Source: an uncultured Pseudomonadales bacterium (GTDB taxonomy: Bacteria > Patescibacteriota > Microgenomatia > UBA1400 > PJMF01). Taken from it: a DNA stretch of 64,000 nt. Positions within the stretch are counted from its first letter, which is position 1. Each line of letters starts with the position of its first letter. Shown one piece after another: positions 59,701 to 64,000 of the stretch. Location: the NCBI GenBank assembly GCA_964620965.1, contig CAZUHV010000003.1:98093-162092 (forward strand), given 5' to 3'. The notes below the pieces were generated by a model. The model was not told the origin of the DNA and did no database searches. It worked only from the letters and a program-made list of their open reading frames with translations. The translations under genes and the position numbers were made by a program.

Positions 59701-60114
59701 AGGTTTATTATTCTTCAAGGTACCAAAAAGGTAAGAATCGCTTTTGATAGCCAGTTTTCCGAAGTTCCAACAGTGTATTTGTCTCCTCAATCTCAAGTTG
59801 TAGGCGGATATAGCATTAGTTCTATAGATGAAACTGGTTTTGCCGTTTCACTTAATGAAAACCAGACAACAACACTTACATTTGATTGGCTTGCCCTATT
59901 AAGTTCTAGGACTCAAAACGCTCCAGTAACTGTTCTTGAAGAGTTTACCGGTGCTACAGAGGGTAGCGTATCTGGAGTAAGCACTGAACAGACAGAAGTT
60001 CTTGAGGAAAGTCAAACAGTACTTGAAGAATCAGAACCAGCAGCAACGGAGGAAGCCGATTTAGGTCATTCAGAAATGCCGGTTGCAACAGATTCTGGAT
60101 CAGTTGCTGAATAA
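53746..60114 (+). CDS. Large (2122 aa) membrane-anchored mosaic fibre/adhesin with S74-type intramolecular chaperone and C-terminal extension
   Basis: N-terminal TM, phage-fibre-like GTLPVTNGGTG, many GNVGIG repeats, SSSDIRLKEN...YTFDWK...YGMVAQEVAQIFP...INY. Confidence 0.85.
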   Translation: MFNQTKTRAKGKGLLLPMALFFVVFISVYFFRFPLESWFGVIRTESNAETIQDLKSTDSEGKVKGITTETQETQDLVQKPQGEVKAVSDDITENSLVFRLKVFFLDTIGAVSAKFDTDLEVGNDVVIGNDLDVGGQLTLAGDLVAPNVLYSLTAGTGVTISGDQEITITNDDLGSDQEIFKNFKIGDTTISAGSNDDTLTWQGGTGISLSSDGKTVTVSASGSDLNVSGFTDGGSSVYLTTSTDNVGIGTSNPGYKLHVVGTSYFSGNATFAGGTVISSGINNSSGGITNAGPITGATGLTSSGTITFSGLGTGIVHSNVNGVISSSALNLAGGGTEITGTLPVTNGGTGLTSATTGQIIYASAANTFATLGIGSEGQVLTVSSGIPAWGSSGSGSPCATCIVNNPGSTQTITPAAATATGLVVKQATSGSVDVFRIESNDGSSTFFKIDSSGNVTLGNQTSSGVFTVSPTNTDPISISPVAEGAGQYTGTITSEDLTAARTWTFPNESGIICLASGNCSGTAAGVGGSGTAHYLSRWSSTYGLTDSIIYDSGTNIGIGSTSPGAKLDLVGTFNVSGLATLADDLQVNKHATISGSLTVDQTVDFNSTLGVTGATTLGSTLDVTGLATFGGNVGIGTTSPNYYLDVRGAGSSSARFNFASTDSSAAKVRIGTTNGAYHFNVNSSGEFQIDRESGNSSIFSIQGDAPANLFNLQSSGGGFIAIGGDITPSTKVGDVHLVDSNSPSSTHGLALDVDSTTTQSVIFRENSNNVFRLRSTLGNGTYANNSLSFQTDTDSGSGATYGDLLTILQGGNIGIGTNLPTARLQIVGDEVRIGDAGTVTYATGDGELYVEGDLEVDGQVYLDGRINLLSNVDQINSSRATFYGFNHTGSTLIYNTQGQHWWRTNDLTRMILANNGYFGIGGSTPVGLFNVEGAATGKALAILNETGDQDIFAASASGTNRFTIKNSGNVGIGTTNPLAALHIGQGTPNAIDGTSGDDLFVRDDLEVDGISTLGTTTFAAGTTTFSNGVLRFNSNGEYLYLQSQSDDGIHFALGTNGFGNNSMVITTQANRSVDHGHNTLQTNPTVFIHSATAPGTSNLEWGSLSFEGTGSGGGYFNLASGVGNLALSPASGNVGIGTTAPVHALEVNGNVALGQFLYHSGDTDTYFRFGTDQWQIAAGGAGFFDFSEGATDIATFNYNNADIDFSINGDTNNGIFFVDGALERIGIGTTTPSYTLDLVGEFNLTDAIRIAGDAGTSGYLLTSSAGGAMTWTDPTTLGSAFGHWENTLNVLHPKNEYAAVVDLALGGTSTASANIHLQSSGQAYFGGNVGIGTTDPSNAMVDLYGNQIHLYLHDTFGTGAVIRETGDNLVLQSQGGSISALTGAADGSTGFSLINSSSQTAISLLDNGGAIFNEQGNDADFRIEASGQTNAFFLQGSDGNIGIGSASPGYKLDVVGSLRLSTGNTNGWVHTDGTVQLASYLGVNYGKITTLGNHALRLGFNNTVEVLSINTTAHVGIQDVSPEAVFEVTGTGTSDDELFMVSSVAANDGDIFTVRRNGNVGIGSTTPIGKLNVSGAATGKALTILNETGDQAFLTASASGTTKFVLDRDGSIYWSEYGCSNQNCITPSARHTFYDYDIYAHNGGTISLNADGDIALNAGGNVGIGSTSPGANLNIFQSSPTANQILFQIGTSDSATRFTVDEDGDGHFGGDVDARTFYAGNGVVTGPTLSFLNDTNTGIYRPGVDTLGLVTGGGERLTINAGGNVGIGSTSPGLALDVVGSARFSAVGSGTYSNDLNLTSDGTLTTSSSDIRLKENLVELTDSEVLSKVLQLQTYTFDWKQNGAHDYGMVAQEVAQIFPQITFTNKTDGFMGINYSRVPTLLVSAVQEQQRLIDSLKLQVEGISGANAQSVGQTETSTTQTGQNTQTEAITLQSLVSEFVSFPDSVWTFVKEVVFTAQTKFMANVSFMKQVVFKDELKVNSNTSGRFIILQGTKKVRIAFDSQFSEVPTVYLSPQSQVVGGYSISSIDETGFAVSLNENQTTTLTFDWLALLSSRTQNAPVTVLEEFTGATEGSVSGVSTEQTEVLEESQTVLEESEPAATEEADLGHSEMPVATDSGSVAE
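58714..59064 (+). repeat. Exact 42-bp direct repeats flanking a 309-bp-period module
   Basis: AATGCAGGAGGCAACGTTGGGATAGGCTCAACCTCTCCTGGA at 58714-58755 and 59023-59064. Confidence 0.9.
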
Positions 60115-60182
60115 TTTTCATTGCTCAGGTTGTGGTTATAGCTGTTACGGTTTTTGTAGGATTCTAGGTTTAGTATGTCCAC

Positions 60183-60830
60183 ATGCTATATGATTCTAAA
60201 GAATCAATCCCTTTTAAAGAGTACTTCACTCAAAAGCCAGTTTTTATTTGGTTAGTTATTTTTTTTCTTTTCATTTTGGGGGTAGGGTTTGGTATTTTTG
60301 GAATTTACGAATTGTTTAGCTCAAATGATCAAGAAATAGTAAGTAGCTCAGATGTTGAGAATCAGGTATGCACACAAACCACCGATTTTGGACAAATCAC
60401 AGTGTACATATCTGGTGCAGTAACTCATCCTGGTGTCTATGTATTAAATTCTGGAAATAGGTTAGTCGATTTAGTTGCATCTGCAGGAGGAATTAGCTCT
60501 GTTGCCGACAAATTGTATGTAAATAAGCAATTTAATTTAGCTCAAAGGTTGAGTGATGGTGAGCAAGTGTATATCCCAACAAATGCAGAAACAGAAGCTG
60601 CGTTAGAAGTGCAACAACAGAAACAAGAACAACAAGTAGGGAGCATTGATAATCCTATATCAATAAATTCTAGTACTAAAGAAAGTCTAATGGAGTTATC
60701 GGGAATTGGAGAGGCTAGAGCTACAAAAATTATCGAAAATCGACCGTATAGCTCTATAGAAGAACTACTCACAAAAGAAGTAATTTCTCAGTCAATTTTT
60801 GATGAAATAAAAGAAAAAATGGTGCTATAA
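60183..60830 (+). CDS. comEA: Competence DNA receptor ComEA
   Basis: TM, SLBB domain (VYISGAVTHPGVY...NLAQRLSDGEQVYIP), HhH (ISINSST...LSGIGEARATKII..RPY). Confidence 0.92.
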   Translation: MLYDSKESIPFKEYFTQKPVFIWLVIFFLFILGVGFGIFGIYELFSSNDQEIVSSSDVENQVCTQTTDFGQITVYISGAVTHPGVYVLNSGNRLVDLVASAGGISSVADKLYVNKQFNLAQRLSDGEQVYIPTNAETEAALEVQQQKQEQQVGSIDNPISINSSTKESLMELSGIGEARATKIIENRPYSSIEELLTKEVISQSIFDEIKEKMVL

Positions 60831-61005
60831 ATTGTCATCAATTTATTTAAAATTATTGAGACTTAGCTATAGGATAATAAAATGCAAGGCAGTTGTGATT
60901 GGGGAAATATAAAAAGAGCTGTTTTTGGTAAAAACACGAATAAAACACTATTTTAAAATCAAAGTATATCAATAATTATTATATGTTTATATTCAATAAA
61001 ATGTT

Positions 61006-62349
61006 ATGCATAAATACATTTTAATCATAATTTTTATATTAATATTAACGATAATATTGCAACAATTATATTTTCGTACGAACAACTTGCAAAGCAGTAT
61101 TGAGGAAGGGTCGACCCAAAATCATGAAAATGAACTGAAAACAGTTCATTTGAGCACCAACTTTGAGATAGTCAGTTTGCTAGGCTACACCAGGATGAAG
61201 GCTTTTTCTACTTATAGTGATATAAAAACAGCTGCAATTGGCTTTTTTGACAACTTGAGTATTAGCAGAGAGTCACTTGTTATTGATAAGCATTTTTTTT
61301 CAAAAAAAGGATTGATTTTAGAATCTAAAGACTGCTTTATAACATGGAGTTGTTCGATTGATGTTTGGAAACGCTTTTTCAACTTTTTTGAAACTCAATT
61401 TGTAAGAGCAAGAGAAGGCTTTACCACTCGCTCTACAACAACTTTGAACCAGATGTTTTACTCAAGTATATCAGAAGTTGTCACTCGACTATTACTCGGC
61501 AGTGCTACCCCTACAACAGTAATAAACAGTCATCTTTATAAAGTTACGGGGACGTTGCATTTATTTGCAATTTCCGGTTTTCACTTAACTTTTTTTATTT
61601 CTTTTGTGCGTAAATCTTATGCTCGTATTTTTTCAAAAAAAAGCATTTTTTTCTGTGATTTGTTATTTTCAATTGTGTTTTTCTGCCTTGTGGGTTACTC
61701 TCCAGGCCTGTTAAGGGCGTTTTTTATGTTTTTATTATCAAGTATAGCCTGGAGTCTAAATAGGCAAAAAAACGGTATTTTGAGTTTATTTTTCTCTTTT
61801 TTAATAGCAAATTTAATTGATTTAAAGGCACTTAATCAAGTTGGGTTTCAACTTTCATATGGTGCAACTTTGGGAATTTTACTATATTCTCAAGCTTATT
61901 TTAGCCGTTTTCCTCAAGTAAAAAACAAATTTATAAGGATTTTGTTAAATAACTTAGGTATCAGCTTTGCTGCACAAATAGCCATTTTACCTCTGGTACT
62001 GTACCATTTTGGTACTATTAGCTTGCTTAGTACTGTTGTCACAGTTTTTGTTTCTTGGTTGGTACCACTCATAATGCAACTGGGATACAGTTTTGTGTTG
62101 TTCAGTTTTATTGTTCCCCAAAACATTTTGTTTATTCTATCGTTGCCACTGTTTTTTGCTGTTTCAACTTTGTTACAAATTTTAGAATTCTTTAATTTTG
62201 ATGGAGCATTAATTTCAGTTCCAAATTTTTCAATTGTACATGTGTGTATGTATTATGGTTCTTTCGTGGTTTTTGGATTGCTATGGTATGTAGTTTTAAG
62301 GACAAAAAATGATGCTAAAAATAACAAAATATATCATTTTTCTCTTTAG
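61006..62349 (+). CDS. comEC: ComEC/Rec2 competence membrane domain
   Basis: TGTLHLFAISGFHL, PGLLRAFFM, GFQLSYGATLGI, LPLVLYHFG. Confidence 0.9.
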   Translation: MHKYILIIIFILILTIILQQLYFRTNNLQSSIEEGSTQNHENELKTVHLSTNFEIVSLLGYTRMKAFSTYSDIKTAAIGFFDNLSISRESLVIDKHFFSKKGLILESKDCFITWSCSIDVWKRFFNFFETQFVRAREGFTTRSTTTLNQMFYSSISEVVTRLLLGSATPTTVINSHLYKVTGTLHLFAISGFHLTFFISFVRKSYARIFSKKSIFFCDLLFSIVFFCLVGYSPGLLRAFFMFLLSSIAWSLNRQKNGILSLFFSFLIANLIDLKALNQVGFQLSYGATLGILLYSQAYFSRFPQVKNKFIRILLNNLGISFAAQIAILPLVLYHFGTISLLSTVVTVFVSWLVPLIMQLGYSFVLFSFIVPQNILFILSLPLFFAVSTLLQILEFFNFDGALISVPNFSIVHVCMYYGSFVVFGLLWYVVLRTKNDAKNNKIYHFSL

Positions 62350-63262
62350 TCTTACCTTATTTTTTGTCATTTACTCTGGTAGACAACAAAATATGTTAAA
62401 AATTATTTTTTGTGATGTTGGACAGGGTGATGCAACCTTACTTGTTTTTGGTCAATTTCAAATGTTGGTGGACGCTGGCCCAAATAATTCTGTTTTACAG
62501 TGTTTGGACAAAAATATTCCGCTTTGGGATAAATCTATTGAATATTTTGTATTAACGCATATGGATTCAGATCACATAGGTGGAGCAACTTCTATTTTGG
62601 AACGTTACAATGTCGATTTTCTTTTTATGAATCCTTCTACAAAACAAACGTCCGATTTTGAGCTTCTAGAACAGGTTGTCTCGAGGAAAAATGCCAATAA
62701 TACTCAGGTGATTACTACCTACTTAGGTCAGAAAATAAGGGTATTTGACTCTTTTGAAGCACAGGTGATCAGCCCTCAATTTACTTTTCCTCAAGTAGAG
62801 CGTCTAAAAAAGCCTGGAACCGAAACAATATTATCGGATAAAACAGATGATACTAATACTGAAAAACTTGCAAAAATATCAGAAAATGACCTATCCATAG
62901 GTCTAAAAGTTGTTTTTAAAGATGTTTTTGTTGTTTTGCCTGGAGATCTCGAGAAAGATTCTGAATTAGCAATTATTAAGGGCGGATTGCTAAATACAAC
63001 TACAGTGCTAAAAGCAGGGCATCATGGCTCTAAATCTAGTTCTACACCAGAATTTATTGAGGTTTTACAACCCGAAATTGCAATCATTAGTAGTGGGAAA
63101 AATAACGCGTATAATCATCCCGATCCTCGAGTTCTTAAGACATTTAGCGATTTTTTGACTATTGTCTTCCAGACTAAAATCTCAGGAGAGCTTCATTTTG
63201 CCAGTGATGGTACAAGAATTTGGGAGTGTAGTGGTTCACTGACAGACTTTTTGCGTTGTTAA
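62309..63262 (+). CDS. ComEC-associated metallo-beta-lactamase-fold nuclease (separate gene)
   Basis: DVGQGDA, THMDSDHIGG, GDLE, KAGHHGSKSS, ISSGKNNAYNHP. Confidence 0.9.
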   Translation: MMLKITKYIIFLFSLTLFFVIYSGRQQNMLKIIFCDVGQGDATLLVFGQFQMLVDAGPNNSVLQCLDKNIPLWDKSIEYFVLTHMDSDHIGGATSILERYNVDFLFMNPSTKQTSDFELLEQVVSRKNANNTQVITTYLGQKIRVFDSFEAQVISPQFTFPQVERLKKPGTETILSDKTDDTNTEKLAKISENDLSIGLKVVFKDVFVVLPGDLEKDSELAIIKGGLLNTTTVLKAGHHGSKSSSTPEFIEVLQPEIAIISSGKNNAYNHPDPRVLKTFSDFLTIVFQTKISGELHFASDGTRIWECSGSLTDFLRC

Positions 63263-64000
63263 TTTGCTTAGTAAGCACTTTTTCATATTTTGAAGTTGTT
63301 TGCAAGTACCAATTTTACTTTTGTAGTGTGACTTTAATTGAATTTCGTTTTGCCAAACTTGATTTCCAGGCTAAAATAAAAAGTGCCTAAAATAAAGTTG
63401 AATGTAATTTAATGCAAATAAGCCTAACTTCAATTAACTCAATCTAACATTAACCTAAATCTGTACAGATTTTTCCAGGCATGACTAGAGTTACTCTGCT
63501 GATTGGAAATACAGACTTTTGCTTTCTGATTATTTATAGAACTTACCGAAATTAATTTGAGAACTGGAATTACATAAAAGTAACAACGAAGCAACTTGCT
63601 AGTTTTATAAAAAATAAACTCTCTATTTTTGCCATTATTTCTTGTTTTGCTATAAGTATGTCAAAAAATATCATTGCTTTACTATCCAAAAAATACACGA
63701 ATATTTATAATTTTAAGAGCAAAATAGAGTACAAAAAAATAGCCATAAAAATATTAAAAATTAACCAAATCTTTAAAGGAAGAAGAACAAAAAAAATACT
63801 CGGATAATTTCGCTATATTTTCGGATTCTAAATACTTTTATTTCACTACTTGTGATAAATAAATGGCTCGATTTTAAGGGTAAAATTACTTGCAATAAAT
63901 CTTTTTTTCAATTACAATATGGTTTTAGAAGCGTTAGACTTAGTTCGCACCTAAGGACTTTGAAGTAAGAAAGTTTGTGACTTTAACACATTCTGAACAC

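Noticed and set aside
62309-62349. Frameshifted comEC pseudogene
   Set aside because: The downstream ORF has its own ATG and hydrophobic N-terminal anchor, and both parts keep their motifs. A naturally split ComEC is more likely.
63263-64000. Possible gene or RNA in the terminal AT-rich stretch
   Set aside because: No ORF of 60 aa or more, all three minus frames close near the window edge, and no recognisable tRNA/rRNA or repeat structure was seen.

Overview
A low-GC bacterial chromosomal segment whose gene content fits a Patescibacteria/CPR genome, probably Microgenomates-like (inferred from content, not from a marker tree). Supporting content: VanW, a stand-alone VirB4/TrwB-like ATPase, tandem type IV pilins, a WxL/DUF916-like surface cluster, split ComEC and a PaaX-like regulator. 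Housekeeping genes are radA, rho, obgE and leuS. Main points of interest: (1) A degenerate F1Fo-like operon (b, delta, alpha, gamma, beta, with epsilon inverted) that has no subunit a in the window. In the subunit-c slot it has a secreted beta-domain fused to a c-like hairpin with no proton-binding carboxylate, and it sits head-to-head with a giant fibre gene followed by comEA/comEC. (2) A 5319-aa membrane-anchored mosaic fibre with two cytoplasmic tyrosine-recombinase core-binding (SAM-like) domains and an internal S74 autocleaving chaperone. (3) DNA footprints of module duplication or insertion in both fibre genes. (4) A textbook-looking Leu-rich leader-peptide attenuator upstream of leuS. 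(5) A structured ~490-nt rho leader with a tandem motif. All calls were made by eye from motifs; no database searches were run.
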